Shown: piece after piece, positions 10,327 to 20,373 of the stretch
Layout of the letters: every line of letters begins with the position of its first letter
Position numbering within the stretch: the stretch's first letter is position 1
The notes under the pieces: generated by a model
Database searches by the model: none
What the model was told of the DNA's origin: nothing
The model's input: only the letters and a program-made list of their open reading frames with translations
From: an uncultured delta proteobacterium
GTDB taxonomy: Bacteria > Desulfobacterota > Binatia > UBA9968
Length of the DNA: 64,000 nt
Direction: 5' to 3'
Assembly (NCBI GenBank): GCA_963804165.1
Contig: CAWDPO010000014.1
Span: 1-64,000 of the forward strand
Translations under genes and position numbers: made by a program

Positions 10327-11925
10327 ATGATCAGCCTTCGTGATTTAAAGGACGTTTCCCGGGCGGATTTTCTGACCAGCGTCGGGCTCTATCGTTCTGA
10401 GCGACCGGTTGGTCATGGTCCGATTGCGCAAGAGCTTTCTCAAAGTTTCCGTGCTTGAACAGGAAAGCGCCCGTTGCCGCAAGGCGATAACCGGCAAGCG
10501 ATCTCCGAGCTGACCGGTTGGGTCGCCGAAGATGTGCGCGAAATTGCGCTTAAAGCGGAAAGCGATTCCCACGAACGCGCGCTCCGGCAAGCGATCATTT
10601 CTTTATTGCCGCATTTCAACGCTGCGCGGGATGCCGTGTATCTTTGCGTCCCGCAGGAACAGGCGATCACGCAACAGGTTTTTCTGCCGCTCGCGGCGCA
10701 GGATAATCTCCGCCAGGTGCTCGAATACGAGATCGAGCGGCAGCTGCCGTTTAAGCGCGATGATATTTACTATGATTATCTTCCGGTCGGCAGGAAAGGG
10801 AGAAAAATTCAGCGTCTACGTCTTTGCGATTCCCAAGAAGCCCATCGACAATCTTCTCAGCTTGTTGGAATCCTTCGGTATCAAACCAAGGGGCATCGAG
10901 ACGACGGTTACCGCGCTCGCCAATTATCTCTTATTCACCGAGGCGTTGGCGGCCGGCGGCGCCGCTATGGTGGCCGGACATGCCAAAGATTGGGAAATGA
11001 TCGGTGTGCGGGTTAACGGTAATCGCTGGAAGCCGACAAGCGAACTGTTGTATTGCCACCGTTTCCCTGCTGCCGAGTGGGCCGAAGGGGCTGGCAATGA
11101 ACTGCTTCAAGAGGGCCTCAGCCAGGTGCCGCGATACTATCGCTGCGGCGATCTAGCCACGTTGAATGGATTGGCTGCCGGCAAACTTGCGGCAGCGGAA
11201 GACATGGCCAATCTTGCCACTCAACGCTTGCAAGGACTCAATCAGCGCGCAGATGCGGAACTATTGCCGGCCGATTGGAACGGCGCTGCGCGGCGTCCGC
11301 GAAGCCTCGTTTGGGGCAAACTTCTTGCGTCACGAAGGTAATGATTGGGAAAAGAGCGGGACTCTATCGCTGCTGAACACCGTGCTTTTGAGTGTGCTCT
11401 TTATCGCGCTCGTCGCCTGGGGAGCGAGTTTTCCGATCAAAGACGAGATACGCCTCAGACAGCTGCAAAAAGAAAATCACAAGCTTGAGCCCGCTATCAC
11501 TGGCGCTGCGCCGGGAGGAAACGCAGTTCGAGCAGTTGCGCAAAGAAGTTACATTGCTGACAGACCTCGATCAACGCCGGGGGGAAGTTTTGCGTGTGCT
11601 CGATGAGCTCTCCAAAGTCGTGCCCAGCACCGCGTATTTTTCTAACCTGCGCTATCGCACCGGTTTGTTAGAAGTTCAAGGCAATGCCGAAAATGCATCG
11701 ACGTTAATTCCCGTCCTGGAGCGTTCAACGGTCTTCGAAAACGTCGGTTTCAACGCGCCGTCCAACCGCGGACGCGACAACCGTGAGACCTTCTCATTGA
11801 AGGCGGATCTCGAAAAGGCGAAAGCCGAGCGCTCGAGAAACGGCTCAAAGAAACCAAAAACCCGCCGGCCAAAGAGTCAAAAACAAGACCATGAGCAACT
11901 TTTGGCAAAAACTATCCAAGCGTGA
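10327..11925 (+). CDS. gspL: GspL-like protein (PilM-like cytoplasmic domain, TM, PilN-like domain; several frameshifts)
   Basis: LPLAAQDNLRQVLEYEIERQLPF cytoplasmic motif; VLDELSKVVP...LEVQG.A..AS.LIPVLERS.VFENV.F PilN-like domain; pieced from four ORFs. Confidence 0.75.
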
Positions 11926-12555
11926 ACGCGTTTGGCGATTGGCAGCGCGCTGATTCTACTCGTTTTTATCGCCAAGTTCGCGATCGTGACGCCGTTTTTG
12001 GAGCGCCGCGAATGGGTTAAGAATCAACTTGAAAGCCAACCGCAGCTCTTAGCCAAAAATCTTCGCTATCTCGGTCATAAGGATACCATGCTGGCTGCCT
12101 TGGAAGCGGCGCGCGCCGAGATCAAGGCGCAGGAGCCGAAATTGCTCAGCGGCGACACGCCATCGGTGAGCGCCTCGGATCTTCAGGAAACCGTGCAGGC
12201 GCTGGCGAGCCGGGAAGGGACGCAAGTCATTACCACGCGTGTCCTCAATCCGGAACCCGCGGGCTCATTTTCAAAGATCGCGATTCAAATGGAAATTGGC
12301 GGTCAAATTCAGCAGATTGCCAATCTGATCAGGGGTCTTGATACCTCGCCGAAATTGCTGGTTATAGACGAAATCAACGTGCGCTCGCTCTTCCGTCCAG
12401 TCGGGTTTCCCCAACCGCAGGGAGTACCTCAACTGCCCGCGCAAAATTTACGGGCAAGCCTGACGGTAGCGGGATTTGCGCGCGCGCCCTCCGCACCGGC
12501 AAAAGCCGAGAATCCCGGTAATCCGGCCAAATCGGCTGCCGAAAAGGGCGTGTGA
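11891..12555 (+). CDS. gspM: GspM/PilO-like protein (frameshift near 11930)
   Basis: MSNFWQKLSKRER start, single TM, ferredoxin-like domain (LDTSPKLLVIDEINVR); follows gspL. Confidence 0.75.
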
Positions 12556-12836
12556 CGCCAATCGCCCGAACGGGCTGCAACGGACACGAAAGATCCTGCG
12601 GGCGACATAGGTATTTCTATTGTTTAGGAGGAGATCCCGAATCGCGGAATCGTTCTTGAATTAGCGGTGCTGTAACGTTTCCGGGCTGGCTGACGTTGGG
12701 GGAGCCTTTGAGCATTTCGTATCGGCCTACATTTGAAATTTTGCTGTTTATCGGGCCTGTGCGGACGACTCGACCAATAAGGCCATAAATCTTCATTTTC
12801 AAATCTGGCACGAAACTGTATAATTTAGCATTGTAT

Positions 12837-12865
12837 TTGACCCTGATTTCTCACCGGCGTAGATT
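12837..12865 (+). promoter_or_regulatory. Putative sigma70 promoter for gspC-gspD
   Basis: TTGACC-N17-TAGATT in the 385-bp AT-richer gap; an additional TATAAT at 12819-12824. Confidence 0.5.
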
Positions 12866-12940
12866 AGTGACTATTTTGGCGCCCAAATTTCCTGGAGGAT
12901 AAGCGCGATTCTAACACGATCATCACTGTTTAGTATTTTC

Positions 12941-13558
12941 ATGGTGATAGCCATTGGACTGATCGGATGGAGTACCTATCGGTCCTGGCAGGGAGGCCCA
13001 TGGGATACTGCCACGCCGACGAAACCCGTTCCCGCGGCAACCACGAGTGAAAAACCAGTCACTGCGGCATCCGGGAGGCCGGTAAACACGGACGTGATCG
13101 TAAGTAAGAATCTTTTCGACCCCGAACGAGGCGCTGGCGCGACGCGTGAAGCGGAGGAGAATTCGCGGTCGTCGCAACGCATCCGCAACATGATCCTGGT
13201 GGGCACGGTAATCATTGGCAGTAATCGCACGGCGATTCTACAAGACGGAACCAACCCGAGCGCGGGGCAAGCCGCTCCGGGACAACTCGCTGCGCCGATG
13301 AGATTGAAGCTCGGTGACAACGTCGAAGGCTACCGCTTGGCGGAAATCGCTGACAAAAAAGTTGTCTTTGCCAAGGATGAAGCGCGGGTAGAGGTCATGC
13401 TGGATTATTTCCGGAAAGTTGAAGTGAGCGCGCCGAGGGCCGCGGCTGGCGGTCAATTCGCTCCACCGGGAGCCGTTGCCGCACCGCCGCGGGTCATTCC
13501 AAATTTGCCGCGCAGAGGCAGGGTTCAAGTTCCCGGGGGTCCGACTCCCGATTCGTGA
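12941..13558 (+). CDS. gspC: GspC-like (HR/PilP-type domain) protein
   Basis: N-terminal TM, NLFDPER, LVGTVI...AIL, LKLGDNVEGYRLAEI..KKVVF; immediately upstream of the secretin; start uncertain. Confidence 0.65.
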   Translation: MVIAIGLIGWSTYRSWQGGPWDTATPTKPVPAATTSEKPVTAASGRPVNTDVIVSKNLFDPERGAGATREAEENSRSSQRIRNMILVGTVIIGSNRTAILQDGTNPSAGQAAPGQLAAPMRLKLGDNVEGYRLAEIADKKVVFAKDEARVEVMLDYFRKVEVSAPRAAAGGQFAPPGAVAAPPRVIPNLPRRGRVQVPGGPTPDS

Positions 13559-13576
13559 TCCGGAAGGGGCATTCTC

Positions 13577-16500
13577 ATGGCAGCAAAGCGCATATCTGGA
13601 TTGACAGCACTGATCACCGTGGCGGGATTGATCGTTCCGCTCGCGGCACAACAGGTACCAACACCGTCTCAACCTGGTCCAACAACGCCCAGCCAGGCGC
13701 AACCGAGCGCGACCGAACCGCCAGACACCAGTAAGAGTCCGTCTCCGGCGAAACCACCGGCAATCCCGCGGAGGGTTCCGGTTCAGGCCCAATCGCCTGG
13801 TCCGATCGCGCCGCAGCCGGGTGCGCAAAGCACGCCTCAAGCTCAGCAGGTGCCGACAACTCCGTCCCAGCCAGGGGCCACGCCTCCGGGGCAGGAGGGC
13901 GCGGCGCAGCAGGTTCCGCCCACGTCTGGCGTGCCACAGAGAAGATTCTCGCCGGCTCCCGCAGGTCCGTCAGGGGGAATGATATCGTTAAATTTCAATC
14001 GCGCGGATCTGGTGGAAATCATTCACATCATCGCTCAGCAGCTGCGCTTAACCTATACCATCGACCCGGAAGTCAAGGGCACCGTGACGATCAACAGCGC
14101 CGAGCCATTGCGCTCCGAGGATCTATTGCCGGTTTTTCACCAAGTGCTGCGCATGAACGGGGCCGTCGCGGTGCGCACCGGCAACCTCTATCACATCATG
14201 CCGATCAAAGACGGCAAAGGCCTGGTCCGACCGATAGGACAAGGTAAAGAGGATAGCTTCGCGCTTCAAGTCATTCCCGTTCGCTTTTTCGCGGTAGCTG
14301 AAATGAAGCGCGTTTTGACGCCGTTCTTGCAGCCGGGCGGTGAGATCGTCGACAATCCCCGCGGCAATTTTCTTATCGTAATGGATCTGCCGTCGAATAT
14401 TCACAGGCTCGCGGAAATTGCCGATCTGATCGACGTGCAAGTTTTCGCCGGCACGCGCATGGAAATCTACCAGCCCAAAATTGCGAGCGCCGAAGAGTTG
14501 GCTCAGGAAATGACGAAAGTGATGCAGTCATTTGCCTCCTCCGTTCCGCAGGCGGAGAATTTTGCCGCGGAATTTATCGCGCTGCCGCGCATCAATCAGC
14601 TTTTGGTCATCAGCCATAGCGAAGCGGCATGGACGTACGCGAAGCGCTGGCTGGATCGCATTGACGTCATTGCCGAGGGACCCGGACGGCGCATCTTTAT
14701 CTATCCGGTGGAAAACGGCAAAGCGACCGAATTGGCTGATGTGTTAAGCCAGGCTCTGGGCCAGCCGCCGACCAGCCGGCGCGACACGACACCAACGCTG
14801 CAGGATATCCATCGATCGACGACGGGGGGCATGAACCCGGCGACCGGCAGAAGCCCAACCGGATCTTCCTTCGGATCTTCCGGCTCGTTTGGCCAGCAAC
14901 CAAGCCAGCCGCTCGGAGCTTACGCCGCGGTCCCAGCGCCTGGCCAAGTGCCGCAACCTTCGGCCGTTCCGCCTCAACCCGTGACCCCCCCGCAAGCCCC
15001 TGGTGTGGGACGCCCGCCGGCGCCCTCATCCCAGGCACAGCAACAGCAGCCCCAGGAGCAGCTTCGCATCGTTCCGGATCCAGCCACTAATTCGCTGATC
15101 ATTTACGGCACCGCGCAAGAATTCCAGAACATCAAAAATATTCTGAAAGACCTCGACGCGATTCCACGCCAGGTGCTCATCGAAGCGATGGTGCTACAGG
15201 TTGATTTGACCGATTCGGAGTCCTTCGGTGTCGATATCGAAATCCTGAGAAGACCCAGAGTCACCATTTTTGATCAAACCTTTAAATCGCGGGGGGCGCT
15301 ACGGAGTCTTGGCGACTTATTCCCCACGGGTGGTGTTTTTGGCTCCGGATTGACCGGTATTATCGGCGGGAGCGACGTTCAAGCGTTGATCAACGCGCTC
15401 GCGGCCGATGCCCGGGTAAAATTGCTCTCATCGCCGAGTGTACTCGCCGCCGATAATCGCCCGGCGCGGATCCAGGTTGGTTCGGAAGAGCCGGTTCCCA
15501 CGGGGACCATATCACAGGCCGTTGGGGGCATAGCGGAAAGCACGAGCATCCAGTATCGCAACACCGGCAGAATCTTGACCATCATTCCGCAGGTAAATGC
15601 AAAAGGCTTGGTCAACCTGCAACTCAAGGCCGAGGTCAGCGCCCGGGGCGACGATGTCTTAATCAACAATAATTCCTTCCCCGCGTTCAACACCCAGGAT
15701 GCCGAAACGACCGCGGTCGTTCACGACGGCGAAACTTTGGTGATCGGCGGGCTCATTGGTGAGCGCAAGAGCCGGACTCGATCGGGTATTCCTTATTTGA
15801 TGGATATTCCCGTGGTCGGGCGTTTTTTTGGCACCACGAGCGATGACAGCAGACGTACCGAGCTGATCATGCTGATCACACCACGTGTGATTCGCACGCG
15901 TGACGAGTCGATTTCGGTGACCGAGGAATTCAAAGCAAAGGTCGGCGCAGTACGCAACGAGCTGGATCGGATCGCGCGGGACCGCGCCAAATCAGCGCCA
16001 AGACCCCGGCCCGAGGAAACGGCGCCCACGCCTGGCGTTCCGGGCACCGAACAAGCGCCGACGCAACCCGGCAATGTGCCGCCGTCTCCTGGGGCATCTG
16101 TGGCGCCTTTGATGGAACCGCCCGCCATGTTCTCGCGCGGGCTTCCGTTGCCCCCCAGTCTCGGCAGCAGCAAGGCGGCGACTCATTTTCCCGGGCCATT
16201 GTTCAATCAGCCGTCCAATGTGCTCGCTGTCGAGCCGCGCCAACCCAACGCAGCCGAGTACCCCCCGAGTCAACCCGCATACGCGCTGACCGCTGCCAAC
16301 ATGAATGTCGTTGCGCCTAAGCCCGTGGTGATTCCAACCAACAAGCCCGTGCCGATTCCAACCAAGATGAAAGCCGATCGGTTGTGGGCGGTCCAAGTCG
16401 CGGCGCTGGCGGAGGAGAAGTCCGCGCAGGCGATGGTGCAGTCCTTGCGCGATCGAGGCTACGATGCTTATGTGATGATTTTTCAAAACGACAGCAAGAC

Positions 16501-16666
16501 TTGGCACCGTGTGCGCGTTGGACAGTTCCCTGATTTCCATGCGGCGAATCAAGCGAAAATCACTCTCGCCGGCTTTAACCAGTTCAAGCACGCCTACGTG
16601 GCGCCGCATTTGACAGCACCGCCACGATCAGCGAAGGCAGGCGATAGAATCGTCAGACCCAATTAG
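13577..16666 (+). CDS. gspD: T2SS secretin GspD with Pro-rich linkers and C-terminal SPOR domain
   Basis: Signal peptide; LNFNRADL N0 domain; RQVLIEA, DGETLVIGGL, GIPYLMDIPVVGRFFG, RTELIMLITPRVI; C-terminal WAVQVAAL...L...GYDAY....WHRVRVGQF (SPOR). Confidence 0.92.
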   Translation: MAAKRISGLTALITVAGLIVPLAAQQVPTPSQPGPTTPSQAQPSATEPPDTSKSPSPAKPPAIPRRVPVQAQSPGPIAPQPGAQSTPQAQQVPTTPSQPGATPPGQEGAAQQVPPTSGVPQRRFSPAPAGPSGGMISLNFNRADLVEIIHIIAQQLRLTYTIDPEVKGTVTINSAEPLRSEDLLPVFHQVLRMNGAVAVRTGNLYHIMPIKDGKGLVRPIGQGKEDSFALQVIPVRFFAVAEMKRVLTPFLQPGGEIVDNPRGNFLIVMDLPSNIHRLAEIADLIDVQVFAGTRMEIYQPKIASAEELAQEMTKVMQSFASSVPQAENFAAEFIALPRINQLLVISHSEAAWTYAKRWLDRIDVIAEGPGRRIFIYPVENGKATELADVLSQALGQPPTSRRDTTPTLQDIHRSTTGGMNPATGRSPTGSSFGSSGSFGQQPSQPLGAYAAVPAPGQVPQPSAVPPQPVTPPQAPGVGRPPAPSSQAQQQQPQEQLRIVPDPATNSLIIYGTAQEFQNIKNILKDLDAIPRQVLIEAMVLQVDLTDSESFGVDIEILRRPRVTIFDQTFKSRGALRSLGDLFPTGGVFGSGLTGIIGGSDVQALINALAADARVKLLSSPSVLAADNRPARIQVGSEEPVPTGTISQAVGGIAESTSIQYRNTGRILTIIPQVNAKGLVNLQLKAEVSARGDDVLINNNSFPAFNTQDAETTAVVHDGETLVIGGLIGERKSRTRSGIPYLMDIPVVGRFFGTTSDDSRRTELIMLITPRVIRTRDESISVTEEFKAKVGAVRNELDRIARDRAKSAPRPRPEETAPTPGVPGTEQAPTQPGNVPPSPGASVAPLMEPPAMFSRGLPLPPSLGSSKAATHFPGPLFNQPSNVLAVEPRQPNAAEYPPSQPAYALTAANMNVVAPKPVVIPTNKPVPIPTKMKADRLWAVQVAALAEEKSAQAMVQSLRDRGYDAYVMIFQNDSKTWHRVRVGQFPDFHAANQAKITLAGFNQFKHAYVAPHLTAPPRSAKAGDRIVRPN

Positions 16667-16667
16667 T

Positions 16668-16701
16668 CAACCGTACCTTTCTCGGCGCGGTTGTCTTTTT
16701 G
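16668..16701 (+). terminator. Possible intrinsic terminator after gspD
   Basis: CAACCG...CGGTTG stem followed by TCTTTTTG. Confidence 0.35.
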
Positions 16702-16977
16702 TTCTCCCCGGGAACGCACCGCCGGGTGCGGTTGGCGATTCCCTTCCGTCGGGGATTTTCCTAACCGAATACCGTTTGTTATGATGAATTAGGGCCGCCT
16801 TTTGCGCCGTTTTCGTTGGCGCCAGAGGCGAAAATAGGTGGTTACCGTCGTTCGTTGATCGGGGCGGTGAAAGAGGGTATCGTAATTCGATTTCCAGCGA
16901 GTCTAGAGCAACTTAGCTGATTTTCTTTCGCGCCGGGTTGACGGTGACCGGGCGACATTACTACAAGCGAGGCGAGC

Positions 16978-17898
16978 GTGAATCCAAACCAACTGACGAT
17001 CGAAAAAGTACAGGAAATTCTTCGCAAGGAGAAATATGTTTGCGACCGGTCCTTGGCGACGGTGGTGTATCTATCGCTGGTGATGGGCAAGCCTTTGCTT
17101 TTGGAGGGCGAAGCGGGAGTGGGCAAAACCGAGATCGCCAAGGTTCTGGCCAAAGTCCTCGACGCCAAGCTGATTCGGCTCCAGTGTTACGAAGGGCTTG
17201 ATGCCAACACGGCTCTCTACGAGTGGAATTATCCAAAGCAGATGCTGCGCATCAAGCTCGAGGAAGTCGAGCATGGCGATAGACAAAAAGTCGAGACCGA
17301 GATTTTCAGTGAAGACTATTTGGTGAAGCGGCCGCTGCTGGAGGCGATCCAAACCGATGGCGCCAACCCGCCGGTACTGCTGATCGACGAGATCGATCGT
17401 GCGGACATGGAGTTCGAAGCTTTTTTGCTGGAAGTGCTATCGGATTTTCAAATTACCATCCCCGAGCTCGGCACTATCGCCGCAATACACCGACCGTACG
17501 TATTTCTGACGTCCAACCGGACGCGAGAAATTCACGATGCGCTCAAACGCCGTTGTCTGTATCACTGGATCGAGTATCCGACCTTTGAAAAAGAGTACGA
17601 GATCATCACCACCAAGTTTCCTGAAGTGGAAACCAAGATGGCGCAGCAGATTTGCGCCTTCATGCAGAAAGTCCGCGAGATGAATTTTTATAAACGCCCC
17701 GGTGTCGCTGAAACCCTGGATTGGGCGTCGGCGTTGATCGCGCTCAACCGCAAAAGCCTGGACGACAAGACTGTCGTCGAGACCATGGGTTGTGTGTTTA
17801 AGTATCGTGAGGATTTGCACCACCTGCGCGATCAGGTGGAAGCGCGCCAACTCAACTTGGACGCTTTGCTGAGAGCGTCGCCGGAAATGGTGAGCTAG
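16978..17898 (+). CDS. coxD: MoxR-family AAA+ ATPase, CoxD-like
   Basis: LLLEGEAGVGKTE, RLQCYEGLD, YEWNY.KQ, LLIDEIDRAD.EFEAFLLE, TSNRTREIHDALKRRC, PGVAETLDWA. Confidence 0.9.
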   Translation: MNPNQLTIEKVQEILRKEKYVCDRSLATVVYLSLVMGKPLLLEGEAGVGKTEIAKVLAKVLDAKLIRLQCYEGLDANTALYEWNYPKQMLRIKLEEVEHGDRQKVETEIFSEDYLVKRPLLEAIQTDGANPPVLLIDEIDRADMEFEAFLLEVLSDFQITIPELGTIAAIHRPYVFLTSNRTREIHDALKRRCLYHWIEYPTFEKEYEIITTKFPEVETKMAQQICAFMQKVREMNFYKRPGVAETLDWASALIALNRKSLDDKTVVETMGCVFKYREDLHHLRDQVEARQLNLDALLRASPEMVS

Positions 17899-17904
17899 GG
17901 TTCG

Positions 17905-19119
17905 ATGGACGTCACTGCCGAAACAATCGCGGCCGCCGTCAACAGCGTCGCTTCGGCGCGCGGCAAGGGAACCCTGCCGAATTTGATGGCCTTCGCCCGA
18001 GCGTTAAAACCACTTGGTGTGAAAGTGAGCCTCAGCCAGGTGCTCGACACGGCGCGCGCCGTGGAGCATGTCGATCTCGGCGAAAAGGCGGACTTCCGAG
18101 CGCTGTTGCGCGCCAATATGGTCTCGCAGAAAGAAGATTTCCCGGCGTTCGATATGCTGTTCGACTGTTTCTGGCGCGAGCTCAGTTACGAGCGGGTGCC
18201 GATGGAGACTATGGAGATTGAAGGCACGCCGACCGAATCGGACGCACCGCAGGGCGGCGACGAAGAAGGCGGTCTAGATGAAGCCGCGGCGGAGACCCTC
18301 GGCAAGGAGGATTTGCAGCTCGAAAATCTGGATGAGTTTTCTGTCCCGACGTACAGCCCGCAGGAGCTGATGAACCGCAAAGACTTCAGCGAGATGGGCG
18401 TCGAAGAGAGCCGCGCCATCGCGCACGCGATTCTCCTGATCGCGACCAAGATCGCCACCCAAATCAGCCGGCGCAAAAAGGTCGGCCGCAAAGGCAACAC
18501 CGTCGATCCGCGCTGGACCATGCGCCGCAGCATGAAATACGGCGGTGAGATCATCGATCTGGTGCATCGCAAGCGACGGATCAAGAAAACCAAGGTCGTG
18601 CTGCTGTGCGATGTCAGCGGCTCGATGGACTGCTACAGCCGATTTTTGATTCAATTTATGTACGGCTTGCAGAACGAGCTGTGGGGCGTGGAGACTTTTG
18701 TTTTCAGCACTTCGCTGAGCAGGATTACCCACCTGATTCGCACCAAGGACATCGTCAACGCTCTGGAAAAAATCTCCGGCAGCATTCTCGGCTGGTCCGG
18801 TGGCACCAACATCGGCCGCTCGTTGCATACGTTTAACCGCGACTTCGCGCCGAGCATGGTGACGCATCGGACCGTGGTCGTGATCATCAGCGACGGCTGG
18901 GACCGCGGCGACGTGAGCTTGCTCGAGCGTGAGATGCAGGATCTCAAGCGTCGCTGTAAAAAAGTTATCTGGCTCAATCCGCTCTTGGCGAGCGAGAACT
19001 ACGAGCCGCTCTGCAAGGGCATGCAAGCGGCGCTGCCCTATCTGGACTTGTTTCTTTCGGTGCATAACGTTAATAGCTTGGTGGCTCTAGGACGGACGTT
19101 ACAAAAGATGGTGGCATAG
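17905..19119 (+). CDS. coxE: VWA domain protein, CoxE-like
   Basis: MIDAS DVSGSMD.YS, WSGGTNIG, IISDGWDRGD, WLNPL. Confidence 0.9.
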   Translation: MDVTAETIAAAVNSVASARGKGTLPNLMAFARALKPLGVKVSLSQVLDTARAVEHVDLGEKADFRALLRANMVSQKEDFPAFDMLFDCFWRELSYERVPMETMEIEGTPTESDAPQGGDEEGGLDEAAAETLGKEDLQLENLDEFSVPTYSPQELMNRKDFSEMGVEESRAIAHAILLIATKIATQISRRKKVGRKGNTVDPRWTMRRSMKYGGEIIDLVHRKRRIKKTKVVLLCDVSGSMDCYSRFLIQFMYGLQNELWGVETFVFSTSLSRITHLIRTKDIVNALEKISGSILGWSGGTNIGRSLHTFNRDFAPSMVTHRTVVVIISDGWDRGDVSLLEREMQDLKRRCKKVIWLNPLLASENYEPLCKGMQAALPYLDLFLSVHNVNSLVALGRTLQKMVA

Positions 19120-19194
19120 AAGTATCGACGATTGAGGTGGAGGACCCAAGATCGCCGTCTTCGATGCATAATCTCAATATTCGGAGGAACGAAC

Positions 19195-19590
19195 ATGGCT
19201 GGACCCGGCGCTTGTTACACAGACGCGGACCTCGAAGGCAAGAAGAAAGATTCCATCTACCATCAAGTCAAAGATTTTCTCGACAAGGGTGAAACTTTAG
19301 CCGTGGCGACGATTGTATCGACCAAAGGGTCGACGCCGCGCGAAGTCGGGGCCAAGATGGTGGTGACGGCCTGGGGCGAGATCCTCGGCACCATCGGTGG
19401 CGGCTGCGGCGAGGCGGACGTAAAGCGCGAAGCGATCGAGGTCATTCGCACGCGCAAGCCCAGAACGGTTCGGGTCGATCTTCTGGACGATATTTCCTCG
19501 GATAGCCCGGCCGTGTGCGGCGGTATCATGAATGTTTTTATCGATCCGTGGTGGACTGAGTCGGATCACGGACCATCCGATAGCAAATGA
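19195..19590 (+). CDS. XdhC/CoxI family, stand-alone N-terminal domain
   Basis: ATIV..KGSTPREVGAKM, GTIGGGCGE, VCGG.M.VFID; GGAGG RBS upstream. Confidence 0.88.
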   Translation: MAGPGACYTDADLEGKKKDSIYHQVKDFLDKGETLAVATIVSTKGSTPREVGAKMVVTAWGEILGTIGGGCGEADVKREAIEVIRTRKPRTVRVDLLDDISSDSPAVCGGIMNVFIDPWWTESDHGPSDSK

Positions 19591-20360
19591 TCGCGCTGTC
19601 CGAAGAACTGGTTCAAATCAACGAGCAAGGCGCCGCGGCGGTGCTCGCCACCGTCGTCGAGGTCGAGCCCGGTGTTCGTGTTGAGCCGGGTGCGAAATGT
19701 CTGGTCCGTGACGGAAAAGTCAGCGGTGAAACGATCGGCGACGCGCGCGTAACTGAGGCGATCGTCGAAGAGAGCTTCGCCCGATTGCGCGCCGAGAAAT
19801 CGCAGCTGGTTTCGCTGAACATTCCACAAGCCGGTGGCAAACTCGAAATCTTTTTCGAGGTGATGCCGTCGCCGCCGAAATTAATTGTCGTTGGCGCCGG
19901 CCATATCGCGGTGCCCCTGGTCAAAATCGCCAAAGTTTTGGATTTTCACGTGACCGTGATCGACGACCGTTTACTTTACGCCAATCGTGAGCGCTTTCCC
20001 GACGCCGACGAAGTCTTAGTCGGCGACATGGCGCAGATGCTCAAAGAGATGAAGATCACTCCTTCTTGCTACATCGTGCTGATTACCCGCGGCCATGCGT
20101 ACGACGAGCCCTGCCTGCGCGTGGTTCTTCCCAGTCAGGCGAAATATATCGGCATGATCGGCAGCCGGCGCCGTATTAAGGCGTGTTTCCAGAGATTTCG
20201 CGATGAAGACAAGATCAGCGAAGAACTGATCGAGCGAGTTTATGCGCCCATCGGTCTCGACATCGCGACCGAGACGCCGGCGGAAATTGCTGTCTCAATT
20301 CTCAGCGAAGTGATCAAAGTGCGGCGCGGCGGCAGCGCTGTCTCGCTCTCCGGTCATTGA
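19587..20360 (+). CDS. XdhC/CoxF family protein (degenerate CoxI domain plus Rossmann domain)
   Basis: VVGAGHIA, VIDDR, TRGH..D, YIGMIGSRRR, APIGLDI...TPAEIAVSI. Confidence 0.9.
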   Translation: MIALSEELVQINEQGAAAVLATVVEVEPGVRVEPGAKCLVRDGKVSGETIGDARVTEAIVEESFARLRAEKSQLVSLNIPQAGGKLEIFFEVMPSPPKLIVVGAGHIAVPLVKIAKVLDFHVTVIDDRLLYANRERFPDADEVLVGDMAQMLKEMKITPSCYIVLITRGHAYDEPCLRVVLPSQAKYIGMIGSRRRIKACFQRFRDEDKISEELIERVYAPIGLDIATETPAEIAVSILSEVIKVRRGGSAVSLSGH

Positions 20361-20373
20361 AAAATGAGGCATA

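Noticed and set aside
4279-12555. Programmed frameshifting or phase variation in the gsp genes
   Set aside because: Breaks are numerous, lack slippery or tandem-repeat context, and similar indels occur in unrelated genes.
12806-12821. Sigma54 promoter TGGCACG upstream of gspC
   Set aside because: The -24 half is good but there is no GC at the -12 position.
16700-16977. Moco or FMN riboswitch ahead of the cofactor operon
   Set aside because: No conserved riboswitch motif recognised by eye; an Rfam scan would settle it.
16978-20360. Aerobic CO dehydrogenase locus
   Set aside because: Only accessory genes are present; without coxL/M/S, CO oxidation cannot be inferred.
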